From Oscillospiraceae bacterium (lineage in GTDB: Bacteria; Bacillota; Clostridia; UBA1381; UBA9506), in assembly GCA_015068855.1 (NCBI GenBank), contig SVJS01000006.1:10105-74104 (forward strand): a DNA stretch of 64,000 nt. Direction: 5' to 3'. A program made the translations under genes and the position numbers. Below, one piece after another: positions 30,335 to 40,303 of the stretch. The notes beneath the pieces are model-generated. The model was not told the DNA's origin, did not search any database, and worked only from the letters and a program-made list of their open reading frames with translations. Positions within the stretch are counted from its first letter, which is position 1, and each line of letters starts with the position of its first letter.

Positions 30335-31633
30335 ATGAAAGCAACAGTTATCGGTGGCGGTCTTGCGGGTTGCGAGGCAGCCTGGCAGCTTGCCAAGCAA
30401 AATATTACCGTAGATTTATACGAAATGAAGCCCAAAAAGCACTCGCCCGCCCACAATTTAGACACCTTGGGCGAGCTGGTTTGCTCCAATTCCCTGCGGG
30501 CTGAGGGGCTTGAAAACGGCGCCGGTTTGCTAAAAGAGGAAATGCGCCTTTTAGACTCTGTTGTGATGCGTGCAGCAGACCGCTGTCGCGTTCCGGCAGG
30601 CGGGGCTTTGGCTGTGGACCGTATCGGCTTTTCAGAGGCCATTACAGAAACGATTACATCCTGCCCGCTCATTCATTTGCATCACGAAGAAATTACCAAA
30701 ATCCCTGATGATGAATGCGTGATTGTGGCAAGTGGTCCCCTTACCTCTGATGCACTTTCAGAGGACATTGGCCGGCTCTGTGGCAGTCAGCTTTATTTTT
30801 ACGATGCGGCTGCGCCCATCATCACTGCCGAATCCATTGATATGAGCAAGGTGTTCCGTAAGGCCCGCTATGATAAAGGAACAGCCGATTACATCAACTG
30901 CCCCATGACAAAAGAGGAATATGCCGTTTTTTATGATGCCCTGATTCATGCCGAAACGGCACATCTGAAAGACTTTGAAAACGACCGTGTGTTTGAGGGC
31001 TGCATGCCCGTTGAGGTCATGGCAAGCCGGGGCGAAGAGGCGCTGACCTATGGGCCGTTAAAACCCGTGGGGCTTGAACACCCCGAAACAGGCAAGCGCT
31101 ACCATGCCGTTGTTCAACTCCGGCAGGATAACGAAGCGGGAACACTCTATAACATCGTCGGTTTTCAGACCCACTTAAAATTTGGAGAGCAAAAACGTGT
31201 GTTCTCCCTGATTCCCGGCCTTGAAAATCTTGATATTGTCCGCTATGGCGTGATGCATCGAAATACCTATTTGCACAGCCCGGGACTTTTGGATGAAACC
31301 TTTGCCTTTAAGGCGCGGAAAGGCCTTTACTTTGCCGGTCAGATGACGGGCGTTGAGGGCTATGTTGAATCCGCCGCATCAGGCATTGCCGCCGGTATTC
31401 ATGCCGGACGTGCGCTTTTGGGCAAACCGCCTGTTCACTTCCCCTCTGCCACCGCCATCGGCGCCCTGGGGCATTACATCGCAAACTTTGGCGGCAAAAA
31501 TTTTCAGCCAATGAACATAAATTTCGGCATTATTGATTCTCTGCCCGAACGGGAGCGTAACAAACGGGAACGGTATCGCAAAATTTCCCTGCGCGCTCTT
31601 GAGCTGATGAAAGGAATTATTGAAACCTTATGA
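30335..31633 (+). CDS. trmFO: methylenetetrahydrofolate--tRNA-(uracil54-C5)-methyltransferase
   Basis: 432 aa. It has the FAD motif [16 protein letters not shown], plus [16 protein letters not shown] and [18 protein letters not shown]. Confidence 0.95.
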   Translation: MKATVIGGGLAGCEAAWQLAKQNITVDLYEMKPKKHSPAHNLDTLGELVCSNSLRAEGLENGAGLLKEEMRLLDSVVMRAADRCRVPAGGALAVDRIGFSEAITETITSCPLIHLHHEEITKIPDDECVIVASGPLTSDALSEDIGRLCGSQLYFYDAAAPIITAESIDMSKVFRKARYDKGTADYINCPMTKEEYAVFYDALIHAETAHLKDFENDRVFEGCMPVEVMASRGEEALTYGPLKPVGLEHPETGKRYHAVVQLRQDNEAGTLYNIVGFQTHLKFGEQKRVFSLIPGLENLDIVRYGVMHRNTYLHSPGLLDETFAFKARKGLYFAGQMTGVEGYVESAASGIAAGIHAGRALLGKPPVHFPSATAIGALGHYIANFGGKNFQPMNINFGIIDSLPERERNKRERYRKISLRALELMKGIIETL

Positions 31634-33837
31634 TCAATTTAGACCGTTTTAACCCTGAGCAAAAAGCAGCCATTACGTCCACCGACGGCCCGCTCCTGAT
31701 TTTAGCCGGCGCCGGCAGCGGCAAGACCACCGTGGTTGTTAACAAAATCGCATACATATTGGATAAGCAGCTCGCAAAACCCTGGCAAATCCTTGCCATA
31801 ACCTTTACCAACAAGGCTGCCAACGAAATGAAAGAACGCATCGAAAGTTCCATTGGCGAAAGCGCTTCTGACATGTGGATTGGAACCTTTCACTCCCTTT
31901 GCATGCGCATTCTCCGACGCGATATCGAGCGTTTGGGGGCTTACTCTAAGGATTTTGTTATTTACGACAGCTCTGACCAGAAGACTCTGATGAAACGGGT
32001 GCTCAAAAGCCTGAACATCGATGAGAAGAAGCTTCCCATTCGCAGCGTTCTCTATGAAATTTCAACGGCAAAGGATGAGCTTTACGGACCTGAGGAATAT
32101 CTTTCCATGAACAGCGATAATTTCCGCAAAAAGCTGATTGGAGAGGCATATCGTGAATACCAGAAACAGCTCCGTCAGGCAAACGCCCTTGACTTTGATG
32201 ATATCATTATGCTGACAGTTCAACTGCTCTCTCAGGAAGAAGAGGTTTTAGCCCGCTATAACCGTCAGTTCCATTATGTGTTTGTGGATGAGTATCAGGA
32301 CACAAACAATTCCCAATCCATGCTTGTGAACATGCTTGCACAGGGCTATGAGAACATTTGCGTTGTGGGCGATGATGACCAGAGCATTTATAAATTCCGT
32401 GGCGCCAACATCCAGAACATCTTAAATTTCGAAAAAGAATTCCCCGGCGCCAAGGTCATTAAACTCGAACAAAACTATCGCTCTACACAAATGATTTTGG
32501 ACGCCGCCAATAGCGTGATTGCCAACAACAGCGGCCGTAAGGGGAAAAATTTGTGGACACAAAACGGAAACGGCAATCCCCTTGACGTATATCGGGCGGA
32601 TAATGAATATGACGAGGCAGAATTTATTGCCAATCAAATACAAAAGGCTAACAAAGAAGGCAGCCGTTTTGCTGACTGCGCTATTTTATACCGCACAAAC
32701 GCTCAGTCCCGTGTGATTGAAACCACGTTAAGTGGCCACGGTATCCCCTACCGTGTTTTAGCAGGTCTTCGCTTCTATGACCGCAAAGAGGTTAAGGATG
32801 CCCTCAGCTATCTCCGCTTGATTCAAAACCCCAGCGACAACATCAGCTTGCTCCGTGTAGTCAATGAGCCTGCCCGCAAGATTGGTGTTGCCACGTTAGA
32901 AAAGGTTTCCGAAGTGGCGCGCCAAAAGGGACTCTGCTTGTTTTCTGTTATGGAAGCAGCAGAAGCCGAACCGAGCCTTGCCCGCGCTCACGAGCGTTTG
33001 ACTGCCTTTACAGCTTTAATTCGTCGCCTGCAAAGTCTTGCCGAGGGCAAGCTTCCCTCTGAGCTGATTGAAATAGCGTTGGACGAAACAGGGTATCGCG
33101 CACAGTATACTATGGATGATTCTGTTGAAAATCAAACCCGTCTTGACAACCTGCAGGAGTTTGTCAATGCCGCAGCGGAATACGAACGAAACGAAGAAGA
33201 GCCGACTCTCTCCGGCTTCCTGGAATTAACCGCTTTGATTGCTGACATTGACAATTACGACAAAGATGCCGACTGTGTGGTTTTAATGACGCTGCACAGC
33301 GCCAAGGGGTTAGAGTTCCCCCGTGTTTTCCTTTGCGGCATGGAGGAGGGTTTGTTCCCGAGCTTAAAATCCATGTCAGAAGACGAGGTGGAAGAAGAGC
33401 GACGTTTGTGCTATGTTGGCATCACCCGTGCCAAGCAGCATCTGGTGTTAACCCATGCCGCCTACCGCAATCAATATGGCAGCGGCAGTTACACCATGCC
33501 CTCCCGTTTCTTGGAAGAAATCCCCGCAAGCTGCATGAATGCTCTTGTGAAAGAAACGGAAACTCGCTCCCAAATCCAGCCGCAGCGCAAGAAAGATTAT
33601 CAGTTCTACGACAGCACAAAGTCTCTTTTGCAAGCACTTTCAAAAGACAGAGAAGAACGAAAAACAACCTCCTCTCTCTACGCGCCGGGGGACGTGGTCT
33701 CGCACAAAAAATTCGGTCGCGGTATGATTGTGGCCGTAACGCCAACAGGAAATGATGTGCAGCTTGAAATTGCCTTTGATGATTACGGCACCAAAACGCT
33801 GTTAGGCTCCTTTACAAAGCTGACAAAAGAAAATTAA
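31630..33837 (+). CDS. pcrA: ATP-dependent DNA helicase PcrA/UvrD family
   Basis: 735 aa. SF1 motifs are [44 protein letters not shown] and VGITRAK. It has a 4-nt overlap with trmFO. Confidence 0.95.
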   Translation: MINLDRFNPEQKAAITSTDGPLLILAGAGSGKTTVVVNKIAYILDKQLAKPWQILAITFTNKAANEMKERIESSIGESASDMWIGTFHSLCMRILRRDIERLGAYSKDFVIYDSSDQKTLMKRVLKSLNIDEKKLPIRSVLYEISTAKDELYGPEEYLSMNSDNFRKKLIGEAYREYQKQLRQANALDFDDIIMLTVQLLSQEEEVLARYNRQFHYVFVDEYQDTNNSQSMLVNMLAQGYENICVVGDDDQSIYKFRGANIQNILNFEKEFPGAKVIKLEQNYRSTQMILDAANSVIANNSGRKGKNLWTQNGNGNPLDVYRADNEYDEAEFIANQIQKANKEGSRFADCAILYRTNAQSRVIETTLSGHGIPYRVLAGLRFYDRKEVKDALSYLRLIQNPSDNISLLRVVNEPARKIGVATLEKVSEVARQKGLCLFSVMEAAEAEPSLARAHERLTAFTALIRRLQSLAEGKLPSELIEIALDETGYRAQYTMDDSVENQTRLDNLQEFVNAAAEYERNEEEPTLSGFLELTALIADIDNYDKDADCVVLMTLHSAKGLEFPRVFLCGMEEGLFPSLKSMSEDEVEEERRLCYVGITRAKQHLVLTHAAYRNQYGSGSYTMPSRFLEEIPASCMNALVKETETRSQIQPQRKKDYQFYDSTKSLLQALSKDREERKTTSSLYAPGDVVSHKKFGRGMIVAVTPTGNDVQLEIAFDDYGTKTLLGSFTKLTKEN

Positions 33838-33948
33838 ATATTTCGTAAAAAAGCACGCCATGCAATATTTTTTGCAGATCTGTTCATACTAAAAGAAAAT
33901 GTCATCACAATCTTGATTGATTTTTCTTGGAACAGGAGGCGTGTTTTT

Positions 33949-35658
33949 TTGTTAAACACCATTTTAATTATTTTTCAGTTTTTCCTAACCATAACCATGG
34001 GCTTGTACTTTTTTTCAAAGCTGAAAGAAAAACACGCCGGAAAATCAGAGCTTGAAACAGACTCTGCCAAGGAACTGGATAAATTACATCGATTAAAACA
34101 AATTCATCTTACAACGCCCCTTTGTGAAAAAACCAGACCGACACATTTAGATGAGGTGGTTGGACAAAAAGACGGCATACGTGCCTTAAAAGCCGCGCTT
34201 TGCGGTCCAAATCCGCAGCATATTTTAATCTACGGTCCGCCCGGCGTCGGCAAAACAGCAGCAGCCCGCGCCGTTTTGAAAGAGGCTATTCTATCTTCTG
34301 CCTCGCCCTTTCGGGAAAATGCTCCTTTCGTGGAAATTGATGCCACAACGTTGCGGTTTGATGAACGCGGCATTGCCGACCCCCTAATGGGCTCCGTACA
34401 CGACCCGATTTATCAGGGCGCCGGCGCTTACGGTCCTGCCGGCATTCCACAACCCAAGCCGGGGGCTGTTACCAAGGCACACGGCGGTATTTTATTTTTG
34501 GACGAAATCGGCGAACTGCACCCCACACAAATGAACAAGCTGCTTAAAGTCTTGGAAGACCGTACCGTTTTTTTGGAAAGCTCCTATTACGCAAGCGGCA
34601 ACCGTGACATTCCGCCTCATATCCACGAAATTTTTCAAAAAGGTCTGCCTGCGGATTTTCGTTTGGTTGGCGCTACAACACGTTCTCCCGAAGAACTCCC
34701 CCCTGCCCTGCGCTCCCGTTGCGTTGAAATATATTTTTCGCCCCTGTCGGCTTTTCACGTGCAGAGCATAGCAGAAACGGCTGCTATAAAGGCGGGTTTT
34801 ACTCTGACAAAAGAATCCCTTTCGCTTCTTTGCAAATATGCGCAAAACGGGCGTGATGCCGTGAATCTGGTGCAAACCGCCGGCAGCATTGCCCTGCTCG
34901 AAGGCCGAACGGAAATTAAAGAAGAGGATATCCGTTGGGTAGCATCATTTGGTCACTACTCGCCCCACTTCGAGAAAAAAATTGCCCGTGAAGAAAGCAT
35001 CGGAACGGTCAGCGGCTTAGCCGTAACGGGAGATTTTCAAGGCAGCGTTATTGACATTGAGGCCAGCGCTCTGCCTTGTGCAGCAGGATGCGGCAAGCTG
35101 ACCGTTACAGGAATTGTGGAAAGTCAGGAGCTGGAAGGTCGAGGTCAGCGTTTGATTCGTGGCAGTTCTGCCCGCGCCTCCATCCAAAATATGCTGACGG
35201 TTTTGGAGCATTGCTACGGCATTGACACAACAGCCTATCATATTCACGTCAATCTGCCCGGTGGCACACCGATTGACGGTCCTTCCGCCGGCGTCGCCAT
35301 TTTATCTGCCGTATATTCTGCTATTTTTTCCAAACCCATTGACCGCCGCATTGCCATGACTGGCGAACTTTCCATCCACGGTCACGTTCTCCCGGTGGGC
35401 GGGGTTGCCGCAAAGGTTTTGGCGGCTGACAAAGCCGGCATACAAACTGTTTTAATCCCCAAGGATAATCAGGAGGATGTTCTCTTTGAAACCACATGTC
35501 AAATTGTTCCCGTGAGCCATATTGGCGAGGTTTTTCAGCATCTCTTTACGGCGTCTGTTCTGTCCGGGGAACCGGCCACGGCCGGTGCACACGCAGACAG
35601 CACCATATTGATTGCCAAAGGGCACCAAAGCCATCTTTGTGACGCTGAATCAATATAA
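33949..35658 (+). CDS. lonB: sporulation Lon-family protease LonB
   Basis: It tracks Bacillus LonB closely as I recall it (GIRALKAALCGPNPQHILIYGPPGVGKTAAAR, DERGIADPLMGSVHDPIYQGAG, ILFLDEIGELHP, GLPADFRLVGATT). It has an N-terminal TM helix and a Lon protease Ser motif PIDGPSAGVAI. The start is placed at TTG 33949, 9 nt after AGGAGG. The track ORF starts at TTG 33913. Confidence 0.9.
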   Translation: MLNTILIIFQFFLTITMGLYFFSKLKEKHAGKSELETDSAKELDKLHRLKQIHLTTPLCEKTRPTHLDEVVGQKDGIRALKAALCGPNPQHILIYGPPGVGKTAAARAVLKEAILSSASPFRENAPFVEIDATTLRFDERGIADPLMGSVHDPIYQGAGAYGPAGIPQPKPGAVTKAHGGILFLDEIGELHPTQMNKLLKVLEDRTVFLESSYYASGNRDIPPHIHEIFQKGLPADFRLVGATTRSPEELPPALRSRCVEIYFSPLSAFHVQSIAETAAIKAGFTLTKESLSLLCKYAQNGRDAVNLVQTAGSIALLEGRTEIKEEDIRWVASFGHYSPHFEKKIAREESIGTVSGLAVTGDFQGSVIDIEASALPCAAGCGKLTVTGIVESQELEGRGQRLIRGSSARASIQNMLTVLEHCYGIDTTAYHIHVNLPGGTPIDGPSAGVAILSAVYSAIFSKPIDRRIAMTGELSIHGHVLPVGGVAAKVLAADKAGIQTVLIPKDNQEDVLFETTCQIVPVSHIGEVFQHLFTASVLSGEPATAGAHADSTILIAKGHQSHLCDAESI

Positions 35659-35695
35659 AAAGAGCTGTGACCAAAATGGTCACAGCTCTTTTTTG
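35657..35695. terminator. bidirectional terminator between lonB and hpf
   Basis: A 12-bp perfect stem, AGAGCTGTGACC / GGTCACAGCTCT (35661-35672 / 35678-35689), is flanked by AAAA and TTTTTT. Confidence 0.9.
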
Positions 35696-35705
35696 TGTAA
35701 AGGGA

Positions 35706-36242
35706 TTAAATCACTTCAATGAGGCCATAGTCCCCGTTTTTACGCTGATACACAACGTTGGACTCGCCCGTTTCCGCGTTCGTGAAAATGTAGAATTGAT
35801 GGCCCAGAAGATTCATCTGCAAGATGGCTTCCTCGGGACTCATGGGCTTGGTTTCAAAGCGTTTTCTTCTGACAATCTTAAATTCTGTTTCCTCTTCAAC
35901 AGCTTCGCCATACGGAATTTGTTCAATCGCCGCTGCATCAAAGGTTTCTTTTTTCAGCTTCTTTTCAATTCTGGTTTTATGTTTTCTAAGCTGACGCTCT
36001 AAAATATCCACAGCATTGTCAATGCTCATATACATATCTACGGTGGCTTCTTCCACTCGCATAATCAGATTGCCGGAATAGATGGTTGCCTCAACAACCT
36101 GTTGTTCTCTTTGAACCGAAAGGGTAACAGATGCCTCTGTTTCCTTGTGAAAATACCGGTCGAGCTTACTGAAACGGTCGTTAATACGGTCTTTAAGACC
36201 CTGCGTTAATTCAATTTGTTTTCCTGTCATCGTTATTTTCAT
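35706..36242 (-). CDS. hpf: ribosome hibernation promoting factor (long HPF)
   Basis: 178 aa. It has the N-terminal S30AE/RaiA domain (MKITMTGKQIELTQGLKDRINDRFSKLDRYF) and the C-terminal dimerisation domain (KPMSPEEAILQMNLLGHQFYIFTNAETGESNVVYQRKNGDYGLIE). Confidence 0.94.
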   Translation of the reverse strand: MKITMTGKQIELTQGLKDRINDRFSKLDRYFHKETEASVTLSVQREQQVVEATIYSGNLIMRVEEATVDMYMSIDNAVDILERQLRKHKTRIEKKLKKETFDAAAIEQIPYGEAVEEETEFKIVRRKRFETKPMSPEEAILQMNLLGHQFYIFTNAETGESNVVYQRKNGDYGLIEVI

Positions 36243-36394
36243 ATAGTGCCACTCCTCTTCTATATAGTAACAAGAAGTCCTTGTATATACTATATACCCA
36301 CTTTGTATACATCTTAAACAACATCAAAAAAAATTTTCCTGCATTCATGTTATGCCGCATTATCCCATATAGTGTAAAGAAGGGAGAGAGACTC

Positions 36395-37531
36395 ATGAAA
36401 TCCGTACTGGCCGCTATACTGACTGTTTTATTGTTAATCCATCTGCCTCAGGGCGTTTTGGCGCTGGATGTGTCTGCCCAATTTGCCTGCGTCATTGATG
36501 CACAGACCGGACAAATTCTCTATAATAAAAACGCCGAAAAAAGGCATTCCATGGCCAGCACAACCAAAATCATGACGGCACTTGTAGCCTTGGAAAAAAC
36601 AGGGGAGAACGAGCTTGTAACCGTCAGCGCCAACGCTGCCGGAACGGAAGGGTCCAGCATTTACTTAAAGGCAGGCGAAACCCTGCCCATGAGCGATTTG
36701 CTCTACGGACTCATGCTCTCCTCCGGCAACGATGCCGCCATTGCTATTGCTGAGCACGTGGCAGGAAGTGTTGAAAGTTTTGCCGCCATGATGACAAAGC
36801 GGGCCCGTGAAATCGGGGCCAAAAATACCGCCTTTCAAAACCCCAACGGTCTTGATGAGGAGGGGCATTACACCACCGCCTATGACCTTGCCCTGATTAC
36901 GCGTGAAGCCTTAAATCATCCACGATTTGCAGAGATTGTTTCCACGAAACGCAAGAACATTCCGGCTTCTGAAAACAGCGTTGCACGGAGCTTTTATAAT
37001 CATAACAAACTGCTCTCGTTATACCCCGGCTGCATCGGGGTTAAAACAGGGTTCACAAAGAAAACGGGTCGTTGCCTTGTTTCAGCCGCACAAAAAAATC
37101 ACGTGACCCTAATTTGCGTGACCTTAAACGCCCCCAATGACTGGAATGACCATACCGTTTTGTTAAACCATGGCTTTGAAAAAACAGAAGCCCGCCCTCT
37201 GATTGTGAAAGATATGGTGATGAAAAGTCTTCCTGTCCGAAACGGCAGCAGCAAAAGTCTTGACCTTTTAGCAGAAGAAGATTTTTATGTAACAAACAAT
37301 GAGGCAGAAGGCCTCAGCGGTTTTAAGATTGACTATCATCTGCCCTCTCATGTTCCTGCGCCGGTTTCAGAGGGCGTTCCTATTGGTCGCCTGCAGGTTT
37401 CATACAAAGGGAAAATCTTAAAAAAAATGAATCTTATCGCGGGCGCAAATATTGATTTTGTGCCACCACCTGCGCCTACATTTATAACGAATTTCATTAA
37501 AATTACGAAATACTTCTTGAACTTTCAGTAA
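36395..37531 (+). CDS. D-alanyl-D-alanine carboxypeptidase (PBP5/DacB/DacF-type, peptidase S11)
   Basis: It has a signal peptide (MKSVLAAILTVLLLIHLPQGVLA), SxxK (SMASTTKIMT), SGN (LSSGND) and KTG (VKTGFT). The start is set at ATG 36395, after AGGGAGAGAG. The track ORF is extended upstream to 36281. Confidence 0.9.
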   Translation: MKSVLAAILTVLLLIHLPQGVLALDVSAQFACVIDAQTGQILYNKNAEKRHSMASTTKIMTALVALEKTGENELVTVSANAAGTEGSSIYLKAGETLPMSDLLYGLMLSSGNDAAIAIAEHVAGSVESFAAMMTKRAREIGAKNTAFQNPNGLDEEGHYTTAYDLALITREALNHPRFAEIVSTKRKNIPASENSVARSFYNHNKLLSLYPGCIGVKTGFTKKTGRCLVSAAQKNHVTLICVTLNAPNDWNDHTVLLNHGFEKTEARPLIVKDMVMKSLPVRNGSSKSLDLLAEEDFYVTNNEAEGLSGFKIDYHLPSHVPAPVSEGVPIGRLQVSYKGKILKKMNLIAGANIDFVPPPAPTFITNFIKITKYFLNFQ

Positions 37532-37607
37532 AAGCAAGATATAATTAATGTCATGTCAGAGAGAACAATTTTCACGCTGATATCAGACGGCAGAAACGGA
37601 GAACGAC

Positions 37608-38342
37608 ATGGCTGACGAAATGAGACTCCAAAAATTTTTAGCGCTCTGCGGCTGCGCTTCAAGACGAGCCGCCGAAAATTTAATAACGGACGGTCGGGTG
37701 TGCGTCAACGGTGTTCCCGTTACAACGCTCGGCACTAAAATTGACCCGGAGGCTGATTTTGTAACCGTAGACCAAAAGCCTGTGACAAAGCCGGAGGAAA
37801 AGGTTTATATCATGCTGAACAAACCAGCAGGCTATGTAACAACCGCCAAGGATAATTTTAACAGACAAACGGTTCTCGACCTGATTCCTGACTCTTTAGG
37901 GCGGCTATACCCCGTTGGACGCCTTGATTATGACACGCAGGGGCTTTTGCTTTTGACAAATGACGGCGAGCTGACAAATCGCTTAACGCATCCCCGCCAT
38001 CAGGTCAACAAAACCTATCTTGCACTTGTTGCAGGATTTCCGTCAAACGAGGACATTGAAGCGCTGCAAAAGGGCGTCATGATTGACGGCAAAAAAACAC
38101 AGCCCGCCAAGGTTATTATCGTCGGGAAAACCGAGAATGCAACAAAGCTGTCCATCACTATTCACGAGGGACGAAACCGCCAGGTTCGTAAAATGTGTGC
38201 CGCTATCGGCCACGCCACTATTTCGTTAACCCGCATTGCGGAAGGCCCCATCAAGCTGGGCGATTTAGCACTTGGCTCGTGGCGACACCTGACAGAAGAT
38301 GAAGTGCGTAAACTGGGAGGAACAACCCATGCTGACCATTAA
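37608..38342 (+). CDS. pseudouridine synthase, RsuA/RluB family
   Basis: 244 aa. It has an S4 domain (MRLQKFLALCGCASRRAAENLITDGRVCVNG) and a catalytic core (GRLDYDTQGLLLLTNDGEL, HEGRNRQVRKM). Confidence 0.92.
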   Translation: MADEMRLQKFLALCGCASRRAAENLITDGRVCVNGVPVTTLGTKIDPEADFVTVDQKPVTKPEEKVYIMLNKPAGYVTTAKDNFNRQTVLDLIPDSLGRLYPVGRLDYDTQGLLLLTNDGELTNRLTHPRHQVNKTYLALVAGFPSNEDIEALQKGVMIDGKKTQPAKVIIVGKTENATKLSITIHEGRNRQVRKMCAAIGHATISLTRIAEGPIKLGDLALGSWRHLTEDEVRKLGGTTHADH

Positions 38343-38697
38343 GAAAATTGATAACAATATACAGGTTGCAGCCTATTGCCGTGACCATGCTCTGACTGCG
38401 CCCTTAGATAAACCGTCACAATTTATGGGCTTGTTTGAGGGCGATACATTGTGCGGTCTGGGTGCCCTGACCTTAGAGGGGACAAAGGTTTTCATGAATT
38501 TCATCCATGCCGAGGATGAGCTTTTAATCCACGGCCTTGCCAAGGCACTTTTGAACATGGCAGACCTCCGTGGCATCAAAACGGTTTATGGCACAAATCA
38601 GGCGCTCGAAAGTCTTTACAGGCGGCTTCGTTTTGAGAAAACAGAGGCTGAATATGTTCTTTCTCTGGCAGGCTATTTCACAGCAGAGGCACATTAA
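38329..38697 (+). CDS. small hypothetical protein, possibly acetyltransferase-like
   Basis: 122 aa from ATG 38329, with GGGAGGA 7 nt upstream. It overlaps the pseudouridine synthase stop by 14 nt. The weak GNAT-like tail LYRRLRFEK is the only family hint. Confidence 0.5.
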   Translation: MLTIKKIDNNIQVAAYCRDHALTAPLDKPSQFMGLFEGDTLCGLGALTLEGTKVFMNFIHAEDELLIHGLAKALLNMADLRGIKTVYGTNQALESLYRRLRFEKTEAEYVLSLAGYFTAEAH

Positions 38698-38705
38698 TTT
38701 GCATT

Positions 38706-38744
38706 AAAAAAAGGACTGTGGCTAAAAACCACAGTCCTTTTTTA
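38706..38744. terminator. bidirectional terminator
   Basis: A 10-bp stem, AGGACTGTGG / CCACAGTCCT (38712-38721 / 38729-38738), is flanked by A6 and T6. It serves the + strand gene and the convergent anti-sigma gene. Confidence 0.88.
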
Positions 38745-39611
38745 ATCCGTCGTTTCAAGAATAACCTTAACCGTTTTACAAAGCTCTTTTGCCGTCTCTC
38801 CGTCCACTGTGCGGGCCGCACCGGCGGCAATCGTATGGGAAACATAGCCCTCCACATCCTCCAACATGGCGGCAATTTCCTCAATTTTTTCCTGCGGAAT
38901 CAGAATGACACCGTCTGACCCGGCATAGCTTGCAAGCAGAGCTTGCGCGGCGCGCTTTCCTGCTTCGGTCATGGAAAAACGAAGCTCTCTTTGCCGGATT
39001 GTTATCTCGTTATCAGACAAATCCGCATCCTCAGCGCAGCTGGCAGCCGGCTCCGTCATTGGTTCATGGGAAAAAGCAGCTTGCGCCGGCGTTGTTTCCT
39101 CTGTTTTAACATCCTCGTGGATGGGCGCTTTCGGTGTCGCGTCTTCGGTATAACGCCTTGTTTTAAGAGGGGTTTGCACTCCCCCGTCATCCTGCAACGG
39201 TTCTTCCTGTTGTGTCACGTGCGCCTCATTGCCGGCGGGCTGCTCTATCTCCTCTATGTCATATACATCCGGCAGATTGCTGAATGTAACAACGGAAAGC
39301 ACAACCACCGCCGCCGCAGCCACAAGACCCGATGCATAGCGCATAAAAACAGATTTCCGTTTTGCAGGTTGGGGCGCCACTTGCGTCTCTTCTAACAGTC
39401 TATCATGGAGTTTGGCACGGAACGTATCGCTCACGGCAAGCTGCGGCAAATTTTTAGCCACCGCGACGGTATTTCGTAAAAATGTTTCCTCTGCGGCACA
39501 TATCTCGCAGGATGCAAGATGTTCTTTGATGGCTTCTTTCTCCTCTGCCGATACCATATCGTCTATGTATGACGGCAGAAGGTCTTGCACCTTTTGACAG
39601 GATACACTCAT
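38742..39611 (-). CDS. zf-HC2 type anti-sigma factor, single-pass membrane protein
   Basis: 289 aa. It has an N-terminal zinc-binding anti-sigma domain (CQKVQDLLPSYIDD...HLASCEIC), a TM helix (YASGLVAAAAVVVLSVVTF) and an acidic or unknown extracytoplasmic region. It lies directly downstream of the ECF sigma gene. Confidence 0.82.
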   Translation of the reverse strand: MSVSCQKVQDLLPSYIDDMVSAEEKEAIKEHLASCEICAAEETFLRNTVAVAKNLPQLAVSDTFRAKLHDRLLEETQVAPQPAKRKSVFMRYASGLVAAAAVVVLSVVTFSNLPDVYDIEEIEQPAGNEAHVTQQEEPLQDDGGVQTPLKTRRYTEDATPKAPIHEDVKTEETTPAQAAFSHEPMTEPAASCAEDADLSDNEITIRQRELRFSMTEAGKRAAQALLASYAGSDGVILIPQEKIEEIAAMLEDVEGYVSHTIAAGAARTVDGETAKELCKTVKVILETTD

Positions 39612-39676
39612 AGCGTGCCCTCCTTCCTGTTTGTGTTATCATTTTTCAGTTTATAACTGATACGAATTAGACGTTT

Positions 39677-40258
39677 TCACAATAGAAAAAGTTCCCGATC
39701 AGGCTCCAAAAGTTTTTGCAAGGCCTTGCGGGCACGATTGATACGGGATTTGACAGTTCCGGGCGCCAGATGCAAAACGTCTGCAATCTCCTCATAAGAA
39801 CGCCCTTCCACATCCCGCAAAATAATGACCTGTCTGTGCTCTTCCGGCAAATCCAGGAGTGCCTTTTCCAAAGCCTTCCGGGCCTCGCGAAGCTGCGCCT
39901 TTTCATAAGGCGAGGGTCCATCATCACTAAGAGAAAGATAAAACTCCTCTCCCTCGCTGTTTTGCTGATGAAGACTCATCGTTTCCTGTTGTCTGCGCTT
40001 TGCTTTGCGCACTATATCCATACAAACATTGGATGCAATCCGGTACAGCCAGGTTGAAAAAGAGGACTCTCCGTTAAAGCTTTTAATAAAACGAAAGACC
40101 TTAACAAAAACCTCCTGGGCTGCATCTTCTGCATCAGCGCGGTTTCCCAGCATCCGATAACAATAATTGAGTATTTTGCTTTCATAAGCAGCAATCAGCA
40201 ATTCATAGGCCGCCAAATCGCCTGCTTGCGCCTTTTGAATTTGTTCCTGTTCGGACAT
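39677..40258 (-). CDS. ECF (group 4) RNA polymerase sigma factor
   Basis: It has region 2 (AEDAAQEVFVKVFRFIKSFNGESSFSTWLYRIASNVCMD) and region 4 (RQVIILRDVEGRSYEEIADVLHLAPGTVKSRINRARKAL). The start is set at ATG 40258. The track ORF starts at GTG 40270. Confidence 0.9.
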   Translation of the reverse strand: MSEQEQIQKAQAGDLAAYELLIAAYESKILNYCYRMLGNRADAEDAAQEVFVKVFRFIKSFNGESSFSTWLYRIASNVCMDIVRKAKRRQQETMSLHQQNSEGEEFYLSLSDDGPSPYEKAQLREARKALEKALLDLPEEHRQVIILRDVEGRSYEEIADVLHLAPGTVKSRINRARKALQKLLEPDRELFLL

Positions 40259-40303
40259 GGGCTTCACCACCCTTACAACGTTGTCTATAAGCAGTTTTCT
40301 CTT

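Noticed and set aside
30265-30672. 135-aa minus-strand ORF spanning the sigma-trmFO junction
   Set aside because: It is antisense to the trmFO N-terminus, which contains the FAD-binding GGGLAG motif on the + strand. It has no RBS.
38943-39395. 150-aa + strand ORF opposite the anti-sigma factor gene
   Set aside because: It is Arg/Cys/Leu-rich antisense sequence. The anti-sigma reading frame has the diagnostic zf-HC2 motif and a TM helix.
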